Shown: in pieces, positions 1-9,735 of the stretch | Position numbering within the stretch: position 1 is the first letter of the stretch | How the letters are laid out: each line of letters opens with the position of its first letter | Sequence record: SRR31156797_9811 | Length of the DNA stretch: 36,225 nucleotides | Strand: one strand, 5' to 3' | The notes under the pieces: generated by a model | Databases searched by the model: none | What the model was told of the DNA's origin: nothing | What the model saw: only the letters and a program-made list of their open reading frames with translations | Translations under genes and position numbers: made by a program

Positions 1-651
1 CCCTTTTTCATGACCGAACAGTTCGGATTCGATCAGTTCTTCAGGGATGGCTGCGCAGTTGACGGCAACCAGTGGTCGGTCGGATCGGCCAGATTGATCG
101 TGGATTGATCGAGCTACAATTTCCTTGCCGGTTCCGTTTTCACCGGTAATGAGTACCCATGAATCCGTCGGAGCGACACGGCCAATGACTTGCTTGAGGT
201 TGGATATGGCATCGGATTCTCCGGTCAAATTGACTCTTTGTTCGGAATTGATGCGGGTTTTGAGAGCAATATTTTCCTGACGAAGGCGGGAGAACTCAAG
301 ACCGTTACGGGAAGAAACAACAACTTTTTCAAGGGACAAGGGTTTTTCGATGAAATCGAAGGCGCCCTTCTTCAGTGCTTTGACTGCTGTCTCAATGGTG
401 CCGTGTCCGGAGATCATGATGACGGGCAATCCCTCGTAGTCGCGGGCGATAATGTCGAGCACTTCCAATCCGTCCATGCCGGGAAGCCAAATGTCGAGGA
501 ATATGAGATCAGGAATGTCCGTTCCCAGTAATTCAAGTCCGTCTTCGCCGGATTCGGCCTCAACGACTTCAAGGCCTTCGTCTTCCAGAATGCCGCGCAA
601 GGAAATGCGAATACCTTCTTCGTCGTCTATGATGAGAATTTTTCCTGGCAT
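1..651 (-). CDS. Sigma54-dependent response regulator (NtrX/NtrC family), runs off the window's left edge
   Basis: Absent from the ORF track; manual minus-strand translation from ATG at 651: [18 protein letters not shown]...[17 protein letters not shown]...[28 protein letters not shown] (receiver) then [19 protein letters not shown]...[23 protein letters not shown] (AAA+ sigma54 activator). GGAG RBS at 660-657. Confidence 0.95.
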   Translation of the reverse strand, partial: MPGKILIIDDEEGIRISLRGILEDEGLEVVEAESGEDGLELLGTDIPDLIFLDIWLPGMDGLEVLDIIARDYEGLPVIMISGHGTIETAVKALKKGAFDFIEKPLSLEKVVVSSRNGLEFSRLRQENIALKTRINSEQRVNLTGESDAISNLKQVIGRVAPTDSWVLITGENGTGKEIVARSIHDQSGRSDRPLVAVNCAAIPEELIESELFGHEKG

Positions 652-729
652 GGATACTCCTTGCGGGCTGGTGTAATGTGCAATCCCTCTTATAGAATAC
701 AGAGCCGGATGATTCAAGGGATCGGCGTG

Positions 730-1878
730 TTAGAAATCCCAGTGTTTTTTACGCATCCATGCGTAGGAGCGTACTCCGTGGACCATTTCGGCCAGAGGAG
801 TGCTCGCCGCATTGACGAAAATTTTGAGACTTGATGGACCGATCCATTGCATGCCTTTGAACAAAGTCCAGCGGAGTCGATTGGACGCCTTGAGTTCCGG
901 CATGATTTGTTGATGCAGTCGACGGGTATACACCGGGCCGGGGTTGGTGTTGGTGGCAAGTCCATGGGCGACGGCTTCGCCAGCATACATGCCTGAGCAC
1001 ATGGCGAAAAAGATGCCTTCTCCGAAAAGTGGCTCAACGAATCCTCCAGCGTCCCCGGCCAGCAATGTGACGCCGAATACCGGGTCTTCCAGATAATTCC
1101 CATAAGGCAGGGGGTGCCCTTGAAGGTCGGGGATAGCCTTGGAATCTACCTTGAGAAAGTCTAGATATTCTTTAAAGAGTTGAGAAAACTTATGATTATC
1201 TGACTTGAGCCCACAGATACCGACGATGACGGTATTGCGATTGGGGAAGACCCATCCATAACCTGCTTCCATGAAACCAATGTAGAGCTCGGGGTATTTG
1301 ACTGGTCTAGGGAAGTCTTTTGCGTCCAAACGGATTTCTATGGTTGCGGCCATGAGTTGCTTCATTCGGTCGCGGTTTATGTTGGGGAAGGCTTTTCGTA
1401 CAACTGAATTAGCCCCATCCGCACCGATGATATATTTCCCTTGGAACGTTTCACCGTTGTTGCAGGTGATAATGCCCTTTTTAAGGTCACAGGCAACGAC
1501 TTTGGTCTCCTGAAATACCGTTGCCCCAGCTGTTTCGGCTTTGGCGAGCAGGTGCGCATCAAATACCGTTCTGTCCACGAAATGAAAGGGGAAAGATGTT
1601 TCCCCTTCAGCCAGAAGGCCGTCAAAGGTGTGGATAGCGTATTGGTTTGATGCAAAGTTGAGAGCGCCAACGTTGGAGAGCAACCCCGGGGTTTCCCCGT
1701 AGAGGTGTTCAAGGAGTTTGACGGATTTCCACGTCAGCAGTCCTCCACAGAGTTTTTTTCGTGGGAATGAGGCTCTATCCAGTATTGCCACGGAATGGCC
1801 AGCTCGTGCCAATGAAAATCCGGCTGCACTGCCAGCCAGACCGCCTCCGCAGATGATGGTGTCGAATTGTTGTGTCAT
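730..1878 (-). CDS. Geranylgeranyl reductase family FAD-dependent oxidoreductase
   Basis: GGGLAGSAAG dinucleotide-binding motif, FPRKKLCGG, IIGADGANSVVR, GYGWVFP, LLAGDAGGFVEPLFGEGIFFAMCSG. Confidence 0.9.
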   Translation of the reverse strand: MTQQFDTIICGGGLAGSAAGFSLARAGHSVAILDRASFPRKKLCGGLLTWKSVKLLEHLYGETPGLLSNVGALNFASNQYAIHTFDGLLAEGETSFPFHFVDRTVFDAHLLAKAETAGATVFQETKVVACDLKKGIITCNNGETFQGKYIIGADGANSVVRKAFPNINRDRMKQLMAATIEIRLDAKDFPRPVKYPELYIGFMEAGYGWVFPNRNTVIVGICGLKSDNHKFSQLFKEYLDFLKVDSKAIPDLQGHPLPYGNYLEDPVFGVTLLAGDAGGFVEPLFGEGIFFAMCSGMYAGEAVAHGLATNTNPGPVYTRRLHQQIMPELKASNRLRWTLFKGMQWIGPSSLKIFVNAASTPLAEMVHGVRSYAWMRKKHWDF

Positions 1879-1927
1879 GAATGAATCTCCGAATGGAGAA
1901 GATAATACACTGTCTGTAGTGCCTCAC

Positions 1928-1947
1928 GCAAGTCAAAGCCGACTTGC
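1928..1947. promoter_or_regulatory. Perfect 7-bp inverted repeat in divergent promoter region (possible operator)
   Basis: GCAAGTC-aaagcc-GACTTGC between the divergent starts at 1878 and 1979. Confidence 0.3.
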
Positions 1948-1978
1948 AATAGCAAGACAGGGAGCTTATGGAGTTGTA

Positions 1979-3142
1979 ATGTCACAAAATAGGGGAGTCG
2001 TTGGAGCGGCAATTATTGTTTTGATTTTTGGATTTATGATTGCACTGACTGGGATTTCACAGGCTGACGGTGATGCCAAGTTCGTGGAGGTCGTGGACGA
2101 TGCTTCTGATGTGGCTGAAAAGAGACACATTCCTTTTTGGGATAGACTGGTTTTTGCGCCAGTGCCTTTAGTTAATCCCACGTTGGGCGCTGGGCTCACA
2201 GGCGTTGTCATTTATATGCACCCGAAAGATGACTTTGGAAATAATCCCGAGAAAGAAGAGGATGCTGAACGGCATTCCATGACGGGTCTTGCTGCCATGT
2301 ACACTTCTAATGAGAGTTGGGCAGGTGGACTTTTTCATAAGGGCTTTTACCTTAATGATCGGTTTCGAGGGACGGCCTATCTTGCCTATGGCGAGTTTAA
2401 TTTGAAATTTTACGGTATAGGCAATGGGTCTCTTTTGCGGGACAGACCTCTTGAATACAGTGCGAATGTTACAGCGTTTCAGACGACTTTTTTTGCGAAA
2501 ATTTTGGAACATTGGTACATTGGTCCGCGAATAAGGGCTTTTAATTGGGCGTTTGGGATTGATTTTTCCAAGCTTGATTCCATTTTACCCAGTCTTGAAC
2601 ATTCCGTTACCACGACGGGCCTTGGTTTGGCCGGCGAGTGGGATACGACTAATGATAGCGTTTTTGCGACTAAGGGTGGGAAATTTCAATTTGATATAAT
2701 GAATTATAATGATGCATGGGGTGGCGATTACAATTACAACAAGGCTTCTTCAAGTTATGCTCATTATTTTGGATTATCAGAAAGGTTTGTTATCAGTTCC
2801 ATGGCAGAGCTGAATATTTCTGGTGGCAACATTCCTTTTTTTGATATGCCATTCTTGCATTTGCGGGGTTTTCCATATGCGGAATATGTCGATAAACAGT
2901 CGGCATCCATTCAGGCGGAAGCAAATTACAAGTTGACCAAGCGGTGGGGTGTCAACGTGTTCGGGGGGCTTGGCTGGGTGGCCGGTGAAGTGGGCAATCT
3001 TTTTCAAAAACCGACTATTCCCACAGGCGGTTTCGGTGTGCGTTATTTCTTGTCTGAGAAAGAAAAAATGTATTTGAGCACGGAAGTCGGATTCGGACCG
3101 GATTCCCAGGCTCTGTATTTCAGGGTAGGAGAATGGTTTTAG
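1979..3142 (+). CDS. Omp85/BamA-TamA family outer-membrane beta-barrel protein lacking POTRA domains
   Basis: Start moved to ATG 1979 (GGAG upstream; the ORF-track start at 1718 overlaps the opposite gene). Signal-peptide-like N-terminus, amphipathic beta strands, LRGF (VRGF-like) motif, GFGVRY, C-terminal YFRVGEWF ending in Phe. Confidence 0.8.
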   Translation: MSQNRGVVGAAIIVLIFGFMIALTGISQADGDAKFVEVVDDASDVAEKRHIPFWDRLVFAPVPLVNPTLGAGLTGVVIYMHPKDDFGNNPEKEEDAERHSMTGLAAMYTSNESWAGGLFHKGFYLNDRFRGTAYLAYGEFNLKFYGIGNGSLLRDRPLEYSANVTAFQTTFFAKILEHWYIGPRIRAFNWAFGIDFSKLDSILPSLEHSVTTTGLGLAGEWDTTNDSVFATKGGKFQFDIMNYNDAWGGDYNYNKASSSYAHYFGLSERFVISSMAELNISGGNIPFFDMPFLHLRGFPYAEYVDKQSASIQAEANYKLTKRWGVNVFGGLGWVAGEVGNLFQKPTIPTGGFGVRYFLSEKEKMYLSTEVGFGPDSQALYFRVGEWF

Positions 3143-3156
3143 CCTGAATTGTCCTT

Positions 3157-3639
3157 CTACATGGTATTAATCAAAGAGGTGGGGTTCTTTCCTTCTTTTT
3201 TGAGTTTCAGATATACACGTACATCCTTGTCCAATTTGGAAATAATGGATTTGGAAAGCCTTGCTCGTTGGGTACGACGTACCGGGGTGGAAAAGGTAAA
3301 CCCATCAGCCATGGTTACGTGGAGTTCGAAAAGGACCTGAGTCGTTGGCGTAACTTTTTTGTAGCTATCCTGAGGCGCAGCATCGATTTTTATTTCTTTG
3401 AACAGCTTTTTGTTCGTTTTGACGTAGTTGGCGATGCGGTCAATTTCTTTGCTGGTGAAATCCTTTCGGTTCAGGGTCCCACTGAATTTGAGTTGCCTTT
3501 GTGCCCTGTTGGTAAAGACCGAATCCCCTTTACGCACGACGTCCAGATTGAAGAAAATGACGAGCGCTGTGACTGCAAGGAGAATCAAGAGAGTATTTCT
3601 GGTCCATTCCATGGTCTTGGAAGAGCGTCGTCGCTTCAT
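3157..3639 (-). CDS. Hypothetical basic protein with one N-terminal membrane anchor
   Basis: ATG at 3639 with AGGAG RBS; MKRRRSSKTMEWTRNTLLILLAVTALVIFFNL hydrophobic segment, then Lys-rich soluble domain. Confidence 0.7.
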   Translation of the reverse strand: MKRRRSSKTMEWTRNTLLILLAVTALVIFFNLDVVRKGDSVFTNRAQRQLKFSGTLNRKDFTSKEIDRIANYVKTNKKLFKEIKIDAAPQDSYKKVTPTTQVLFELHVTMADGFTFSTPVRRTQRARLSKSIISKLDKDVRVYLKLKKEGKNPTSLINTM

Positions 3640-3758
3640 GCAATCTCCTGTTGTCGGATAGTCTGTTTGGAGTGGCGACCATACAAAGAATCGGCTGGAT
3701 GGAAAAGGAAAAGAGCGTAAAGCTTGGAGAAGGGCGACTCTCTTGACAAAATAGAGGG

Positions 3759-3774
3759 TGGAAGCCAAGTTGCA
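3759..3774 (+). promoter_or_regulatory. Candidate sigma54 -24/-12 promoter upstream of the maf-like gene
   Basis: TGGAAGCCAAGTTGCA = GG-N10-GC, about 60 nt before ATG 3834; a TTGACA at 3743-3748 is an alternative sigma70 -35. Confidence 0.3.
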
Positions 3775-3833
3775 CAGTTGAGGCAACCGTGTGCCAAACG
3801 GATATCCCTTTGTAACGCAACATCATTGAACCT

Positions 3834-5609
3834 ATGGAAAATAGTAAAATAGCCGCTCTTGTTGAACTAGGTATTCTGTGTCGAGGGGAACCTGTAGAGG
3901 TTGTCGGGGATGGCGGCATGGATTCCGGTCCGCATAAATATTCCGGGCATGACCAATTGTGCCAGTATGAAAATCCATCGTGTCGGTATCCTTTTGAAGA
4001 TTCATCCATACCCGCGTTTGAGTACTATACATCGGATATGACCATTGGAGAGGCCTTGGCCCACACGCGTCTTGTTGTGATGCTTGGTGTGGCAGATTCG
4101 GAAGCCTTAAAAGTATGCTTGGCAAATCCTAACCTGATACTCGTGATTTTTGAGCCGGATGAAAGAGTGTTGATCCATTTCTTGGAATCAGTCAGGTTGG
4201 CTGGCTTGAATCGAAAGAACTTTTTTTGTTTCACCGGCGATCCATACTCTTTCAACCCCGCACTGCAGGATTTGTTGCCCGGCGATATGTTTAAGGTTGG
4301 CACTCCTGCTTTTTTCATGACCGATCGTATTCGTGAAGACTATGGAACGTGGGCGAAAGATGTTATTGAATATTTGGAAATTCTTCATTACCGACATGTG
4401 ATTTATCCTCTGTCTGGTCAGACATTGGCGAGATCCCGTCCATTTAGGGATATTCACCGAGGGATTATCTGTGATCAACAGATTCACGCCTATGAGAACA
4501 TCAAGGATTGGATGTCTTTTCCGTCTATTGCTGGATTGAGAAATCGATTCTCAGGCGGCTCTGCCATTCTGGTGGCTGCAGGTCCCGACTTACCTGAAAA
4601 GTTTGAATATATTCAGCGTAATATTGACCGAGTGGTGGTCATCTGCGTGAACAACGCCATTAAGCCTTTGGTGGAAGCAGGAATTCATCCTCATTTCGTT
4701 GTTATCAACGACACCTCTATTTCCTCGGGACAGGTATTTAAGCACATCCCCAAAATGCCGGAGACCATTCTGGTTGGTCATTGCCTATCTGATCTTGGTG
4801 GAGACAGGTTTAGGCAGAAGTATTTATTTGGCAGCTTCTTGCCGGAATTGTTTGGTGAAAGAGATATGTTCCGTTTACACGGATCAGTTATTTCCACGGC
4901 CTTTGCCTTGGCAAAACACCTTGGCTGCGAGCAATGTGCTTTGGTCGGCGCACAACTCGCTTCCGAGAACCCTTGGGGGTTAGGGTATGCAAAAGGTACA
5001 GTGGGCAAGGATGTTGAGGAAATTTCTCGGCCACTTGTTAATCAATACCCGCAATTATATCCGACAATTACGCCCTTTGGTGACCAACTTTATACGACGC
5101 TTAATTTCAGGGACGCGGCCCTGTGGCTTGGTGAAGTCGTCAGGCTGTCTGGGGTGAAGTGTGTGAATACGTCGAAATCAAGTATTCTTTATGGTCGGGA
5201 GATGCGTTACGAAGCTGAACCGAATTTTGATGAGATACCGGTAAAACGTGTCATGGCTGATTTGTTTCGGACCGAACCGCCGCGAGTGGATCGGAAGGAA
5301 GTGAAGCGGTACCTTCATCACGAACTCGCTCTTTGGGCCAGTGTCCGTGATGCTGCGAAAGCCATTCTTGCGGAAGAAGGGACAGCTCTCACGGCTAAGG
5401 GGATGGCTGTTTTGAGTCAGTTGGACAAGAGTAATGTCACGTATCTACTTGAGCGATATGAAGGTTATTTGAATGGGATTTTTTATCCCAAGGTTTTCAA
5501 GGGCGACGAATCAACGCGAGAGGAAGGTTTGCGATATTATTTCACGTATCTTTGTCGGATGTGTGACGATTTTCTTGTAAAGTTGAACTCTGCGGCCCGT
5601 GTTTTTTAA
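3834..5609 (+). CDS. Motility-associated factor (Maf/DUF115, MptE-like) glycosyltransferase
   Basis: AILVAAGPDL...VVICVNNAIKPLVEAGIHPHFVVIND...GSVISTAFALAKHLGCEQCALVGAQLA core, N-terminal LVIFEPD segment; 591 aa. Confidence 0.85.
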   Translation: MENSKIAALVELGILCRGEPVEVVGDGGMDSGPHKYSGHDQLCQYENPSCRYPFEDSSIPAFEYYTSDMTIGEALAHTRLVVMLGVADSEALKVCLANPNLILVIFEPDERVLIHFLESVRLAGLNRKNFFCFTGDPYSFNPALQDLLPGDMFKVGTPAFFMTDRIREDYGTWAKDVIEYLEILHYRHVIYPLSGQTLARSRPFRDIHRGIICDQQIHAYENIKDWMSFPSIAGLRNRFSGGSAILVAAGPDLPEKFEYIQRNIDRVVVICVNNAIKPLVEAGIHPHFVVINDTSISSGQVFKHIPKMPETILVGHCLSDLGGDRFRQKYLFGSFLPELFGERDMFRLHGSVISTAFALAKHLGCEQCALVGAQLASENPWGLGYAKGTVGKDVEEISRPLVNQYPQLYPTITPFGDQLYTTLNFRDAALWLGEVVRLSGVKCVNTSKSSILYGREMRYEAEPNFDEIPVKRVMADLFRTEPPRVDRKEVKRYLHHELALWASVRDAAKAILAEEGTALTAKGMAVLSQLDKSNVTYLLERYEGYLNGIFYPKVFKGDESTREEGLRYYFTYLCRMCDDFLVKLNSAARVF

Positions 5610-7258
5610 AGCTCCCGCTTGCACGCCAAGGGCATACGCCAACCTGTGCCAAACGAGCGGGGAGTGAGCTTTATTCCAGGAGCAGCCTGTCTGCGTTTGA
5701 ATTCGGCAAAGCGGACCAACCTTAACACTTTTTTTACCACATCCGGGGCATACCCTTCGGCAATGATTTCCTGCTGTGTTTTTTGTTGTTCAATGTGCAG
5801 AGCGAGGATGCCGTCAAGAATATCATAGTCCGGTAGGGAGTCCTGATCCTTTTGGTCCGGTCTGAGTTCAGCAGATGGCGGTTTGGTGATGATGATTTCC
5901 GGGATGTCGGGTCTGACGTGTGCATTGTACCAACGGGCCAACGCAAACACGCCGGTTTTGTCCACATCTGAGATTACTGCATATCCTCCAGACATGTCTC
6001 CGTAGATAGTGCAGTAGCCCACTGCCAGTTCGGATTTGTTTCCTGTGGTCAGGAGCAAAGAGCCGAATTTGTTGGAGAGAGCCATGAGCAGATTGCCTCG
6101 GATACGGGACTGAATGTTTTCTTCAGTCGTATCCGGTTCGGTGCCTGCGAATGATTCGGACAAGGTGGCTTCGAATTGATCCATGATTGGCTGGATGGGA
6201 AGGGTTATGGTCTTAATGCCGAGATTCTTTGCCAGCTCAAGAGAGTCATCAATACTACCTTGGCTGGAATAAGGGGAAGGCATGAGTACGCAAGTGACGT
6301 TTTCCGCTCCGAGAGCTTTTGCTGCCACTGCGGCTGTCACAGCAGAATCGATACCACCGGACAATCCAACTAATCCTTTGGTAAAACCGCTCTTGTGGAC
6401 ATAGTCGCGGGTTCCGAGTACCAGCGCGTGCCATGTTTCGGACTCGCGTGAAAAATCGTCGTCGGCAATGGTGTTGTCGGCGTCGAGGTCCACAATAAAT
6501 ACATCTTCTTTGAATCCTGACGCACGGGCAATGAGTGTTCCATTTGCCGCAAAACCGCAGGATCGACCATCAAAGACAAGGTCGTCATTCCCACCGACCT
6601 GGTTCGCATAGATGAGCGGGATGCCGTATTTATGAGCCACGGTACTGAGCATGTCTTCTCGAAGTTGTTGCTTGCCGAGAAAAAGGGGTGATGCTGACAG
6701 GTTCAGGATGACATCGGGGTTATGGTTGGCGGCTTCTTCCAGTGGGTCGCGAGTATAGGATCGGGTGTCCCAATAATCTTTGTCATTCCAAGCATCTTCG
6801 CAAATAGTTACGGCGATGGTGTGCCCATTGAATCGGAGAATATTGTTTTCGGAATTGCCCGAAGGAGCCGGTTCGAAATAGCGAGCTTCATCAAAGACAT
6901 CGTAAGTCGGAAGCAGCGTCTTCCTGAATACCTGACGAATTTGTCCGTCCTCACAAAACAGGGCGCAGTTGAAGGCCGGTTTCCCTTGGCCTGTGGCATT
7001 TTGCTCCACGGAACCGAGCAGAAGCGGTGGGCCGTTTTTTAGAGCGTGAGCCAGTTCCTCGGCCTGTTGCCGGGCACGAGCCACGAAGCCTCCATATAGG
7101 AGCAAGTCGCGAGGAGGGTAGCCGGTCAGGGCCATCTCGGAGGTCATGCACAGGTCTACACCGAGTCGAGCGGCCTTTTGCGCCGCATCCATTATTTTTG
7201 CCGTATTGCCAGCAAGGTCCCCGACGATGGGGTTAAGTTGGAGAACACCGATTTTCAT
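5606..7258 (-). CDS. nadE: Glutamine-dependent NAD+ synthetase
   Basis: Nitrilase domain (EMALTGYPPRDLL, KTLLPTYDVFDEARYF, ICEDAW) plus synthetase domain (GLSGGIDSAV, ENIQSRIRG, TGNKSELAVGYCTIYGD, KPPSAELRPDQKDQDSLPDY). Start placed at MKIGVLQLNP (7258). Confidence 0.97.
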   Translation of the reverse strand: MKIGVLQLNPIVGDLAGNTAKIMDAAQKAARLGVDLCMTSEMALTGYPPRDLLLYGGFVARARQQAEELAHALKNGPPLLLGSVEQNATGQGKPAFNCALFCEDGQIRQVFRKTLLPTYDVFDEARYFEPAPSGNSENNILRFNGHTIAVTICEDAWNDKDYWDTRSYTRDPLEEAANHNPDVILNLSASPLFLGKQQLREDMLSTVAHKYGIPLIYANQVGGNDDLVFDGRSCGFAANGTLIARASGFKEDVFIVDLDADNTIADDDFSRESETWHALVLGTRDYVHKSGFTKGLVGLSGGIDSAVTAAVAAKALGAENVTCVLMPSPYSSQGSIDDSLELAKNLGIKTITLPIQPIMDQFEATLSESFAGTEPDTTEENIQSRIRGNLLMALSNKFGSLLLTTGNKSELAVGYCTIYGDMSGGYAVISDVDKTGVFALARWYNAHVRPDIPEIIITKPPSAELRPDQKDQDSLPDYDILDGILALHIEQQKTQQEIIAEGYAPDVVKKVLRLVRFAEFKRRQAAPGIKLTPRSFGTGWRMPLACKREL

Positions 7259-7298
7259 GGGGATGTTATTACGCGAAAGGTTGGTGGCGGGCAACGTT

Positions 7299-8423
7299 TC
7301 ATGAGAGGCGCTCAATATACGCGTTGAGAGTTGTTGTGAACAACTCAGCGCCGGTTTCGTTTAGATGTGAATCATCGTAAAAGTGTTCGTTATTGAATTC
7401 ATCAGCTCTCAACATGTCGAAAAAAGGGACATCATGTTTTTGTGTGAGCGAAGAGGTTGTTGCGAGAAATTCCCTTTCAATACCATGAGGAATTTTCTTT
7501 GTATAAAAGGAGTGGCCGGGAACGGTGAACAAGATGGGTTTCAGGTTGTTTTTTTTCAGGTCTGCGATGAGTTTATCCAGAATGAGAACATTTTCTGCAA
7601 AGGTTTTCGGATAGAATTTTATATGTTCTTTTTGGGAAACGAGTTCCATTTTTGCTTGAGCTTTGGAATTTTCTTTGAGCTGATTGAAGTTTCCTCGGTG
7701 TATATTTTTGAAATAATCGGAATACACTTTTTTTTGGGTTGTATAGATGGACATTATGTAGTCGGGGTCAATAATTGTATATGCTTTGTTCACCTTCTGC
7801 TGAGTTTGAAGGGCATTGTGGTAGTCATCTAAAATATGGGAGTACCGTGTCACCATATCGTTTTTTCGCATGGAAAGATCGTAGTGCAGGCTGTAACGGG
7901 TAAGACCTATCAAGGCAAATTCGAGAGATTCAACATGGTACTTTGTGAGGATGTGTTTCCATATTTTTGCATCGAAGTATAAGTCTTGTCCGTTCATTGC
8001 GAAGTTGAATGTCGGTGTTCCCATCTTCTCTTCGAGTACTCCGAGCATGGCATAGGAAATACCCGTTACCATACATCGGAAATCATTTGATCTGGGTGAA
8101 AAGTCATTAAGCCGAGACCTGAAGTAATGATCGTGAAACAGGGCATGCGTGTTCGTGATGCAATTTTCCGGTACTTCGAATTCTGACATGAGCTGGGGTA
8201 CGATGACCTCATGATACGCTGAACAGACTACAACATGGTCGTATTTCCCGCTTTTCAGGATGGAAGGAGAAAAGACTGGCAGGCCACAGAATTCGGTTTC
8301 CCATTTGTTAGAATCGTTGTCGAGGAACCCCAAGACCCGAACGTGTGTCCTCATGAATTGCAGCAGGTGTTTACCTGCGCCCCCGGCACCGAATATGTAT
8401 ATTGATATGGTATTTGTAGACAT
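7299..8423 (-). CDS. Rossmann-like N-domain plus SGNH/DltD-like domain protein (paralogue of 26622-27746)
   Basis: IYIFGAGGAG...GFLDNDSNKW...GLPVFSP N-domain; TGISY (Ser block), FNFAMNGQD, FYDDSHLN (DxxH). Confidence 0.7.
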   Translation of the reverse strand: MSTNTISIYIFGAGGAGKHLLQFMRTHVRVLGFLDNDSNKWETEFCGLPVFSPSILKSGKYDHVVVCSAYHEVIVPQLMSEFEVPENCITNTHALFHDHYFRSRLNDFSPRSNDFRCMVTGISYAMLGVLEEKMGTPTFNFAMNGQDLYFDAKIWKHILTKYHVESLEFALIGLTRYSLHYDLSMRKNDMVTRYSHILDDYHNALQTQQKVNKAYTIIDPDYIMSIYTTQKKVYSDYFKNIHRGNFNQLKENSKAQAKMELVSQKEHIKFYPKTFAENVLILDKLIADLKKNNLKPILFTVPGHSFYTKKIPHGIEREFLATTSSLTQKHDVPFFDMLRADEFNNEHFYDDSHLNETGAELFTTTLNAYIERLS

Positions 8424-8505
8424 GGGGTATGCTGTTGTTGAGGTGTTTAAAGAAAGTTGTTTCAGCTAAAGTCAGGCACAACTCAGGCTGCTTTTACCTT
8501 TTCGG

Positions 8506-9720
8506 TCATATCCACTGCAGAGAATAGAGGCGCTCCAATTCTTTTCGGCTTAGGGCTTCTTCACTCGTTATGTCCATGCCTTCTAATCGTGTTTTCCCTT
8601 TGAATCGAGAGGCTTCGATGAAGAGTTCTTCGTACTTATCGAATACCGTTCTGGGGGAAAATTGTTTTGACGTTTTCAGTGCGGCTTTGCCCATGCTCTC
8701 ACGGAGAGCAGCGTCATCAAGCAGTGTCTTTAATGCCTGTGCAATAACGTTAGGCTTCAGGTCGTCGAAAAGAAGTCCATTGATCCCGTTGACGATAATT
8801 TCATTGGTGCCGCCGCACTGTGCATATCCTATGGTAGGCAGGCCGTGGGCCATGGCCTCAAGCAGGGCATTGGGACATCCTTCAAATTCTGATGGGAACG
8901 CAAAAATTTGCGCCTGCGTGAGCTTTTCATTGATGTCGTCAGTGGATTTGTGGACATATGCTTGTTCCGCAACATCTGCTTTGGCAATGGTTTGTTTCAG
9001 ACTCTCTGCCAGTCTTCCTTCGCCGCCCCAAAAATGGAGTTCCCAATCGGGATAATTCGTTGCGATTAATCCGAAAGCTTTGGCGAGTAGAGGCTGATGC
9101 TTGTGTTCATCCATGCGGGCCACATTGATGATAATTTTTGGAGATTGATTCTTTCCAGTAGGGTCGGAAAGCGTTGTAGTCTGGGCAACCTGATTGGGAA
9201 TAGCGCGGAGACGCTTTTGGAGGAATTCGGGATAATAAGGTCTGAAACCTTCCATTTGAAAGTGGATGAGGTCGGCTGTGGAAAGTACAGCCAGACGTTC
9301 TTCTCTGCTTCCCCAGCAAAAAGGCTCCATGAATGTGGGGTCGGTCCTTTCTGAAAAGATGAGCGGCACGCCGGTGTTTTTGAGAATCGCTGGCCACATC
9401 AGGATCTCGCGGCTTGAACTCATGACAAGGATTGCATCCGGTGTCACGTCGAGAATTTGACGACGTACGTTCTCGTGGAATTGTGGGTCATTATGGTGGC
9501 GGAGAAGTTTGTCGCGATATTTTAGATGTTCTGAGGTGTCGATGTGCAGAAGTTTTATACCATCGTCAAGTTGGAACAAGGGGGCTGAAGGCTTAGTGTC
9601 ATTGACGAGAACTGTACATTGGTGGCCACGGCGAAACATGTCGTTGGCCAGTGCGGCTCCAGCACGTTGGCGCCCCCCTCGTCCCAGAGTCAGATTCCAG
9701 ATAACAATCAGTAGATTCAT
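8506..9720 (-). CDS. GT4 family (GT-B) glycosyltransferase
   Basis: GRGGRQR N-terminal loop, IINVARMDEHKHQ, FAFPSEFEGCPNALLEAMAHGLP, EIIVNGINGLLF. Confidence 0.93.
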   Translation of the reverse strand: MNLLIVIWNLTLGRGGRQRAGAALANDMFRRGHQCTVLVNDTKPSAPLFQLDDGIKLLHIDTSEHLKYRDKLLRHHNDPQFHENVRRQILDVTPDAILVMSSSREILMWPAILKNTGVPLIFSERTDPTFMEPFCWGSREERLAVLSTADLIHFQMEGFRPYYPEFLQKRLRAIPNQVAQTTTLSDPTGKNQSPKIIINVARMDEHKHQPLLAKAFGLIATNYPDWELHFWGGEGRLAESLKQTIAKADVAEQAYVHKSTDDINEKLTQAQIFAFPSEFEGCPNALLEAMAHGLPTIGYAQCGGTNEIIVNGINGLLFDDLKPNVIAQALKTLLDDAALRESMGKAALKTSKQFSPRTVFDKYEELFIEASRFKGKTRLEGMDITSEEALSRKELERLYSLQWI

Positions 9721-9735
9721 CGATATCTCACCGGA

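Noticed and set aside
190-676. Plus-strand ORFs 190-531 and 452-676
   Set aside because: Antisense shadows of the minus-strand sigma54 response regulator at 1-651
1718-1978. N-terminal extension of the Omp85 ORF
   Set aside because: Overlaps the opposite-strand reductase gene; the signal peptide and RBS fit ATG 1979
3782-3796. Minus-strand TGGCACACGGTTGCC as a sigma54 promoter
   Set aside because: Spacing is GG-N9-GC, one base short of the strictly required N10
7549-7735. T8/A8 runs here and at about 26734 and 28352 as phase-variation tracts
   Set aside because: A/T runs of 8 are common in AT-rich coding sequence and all frames are intact
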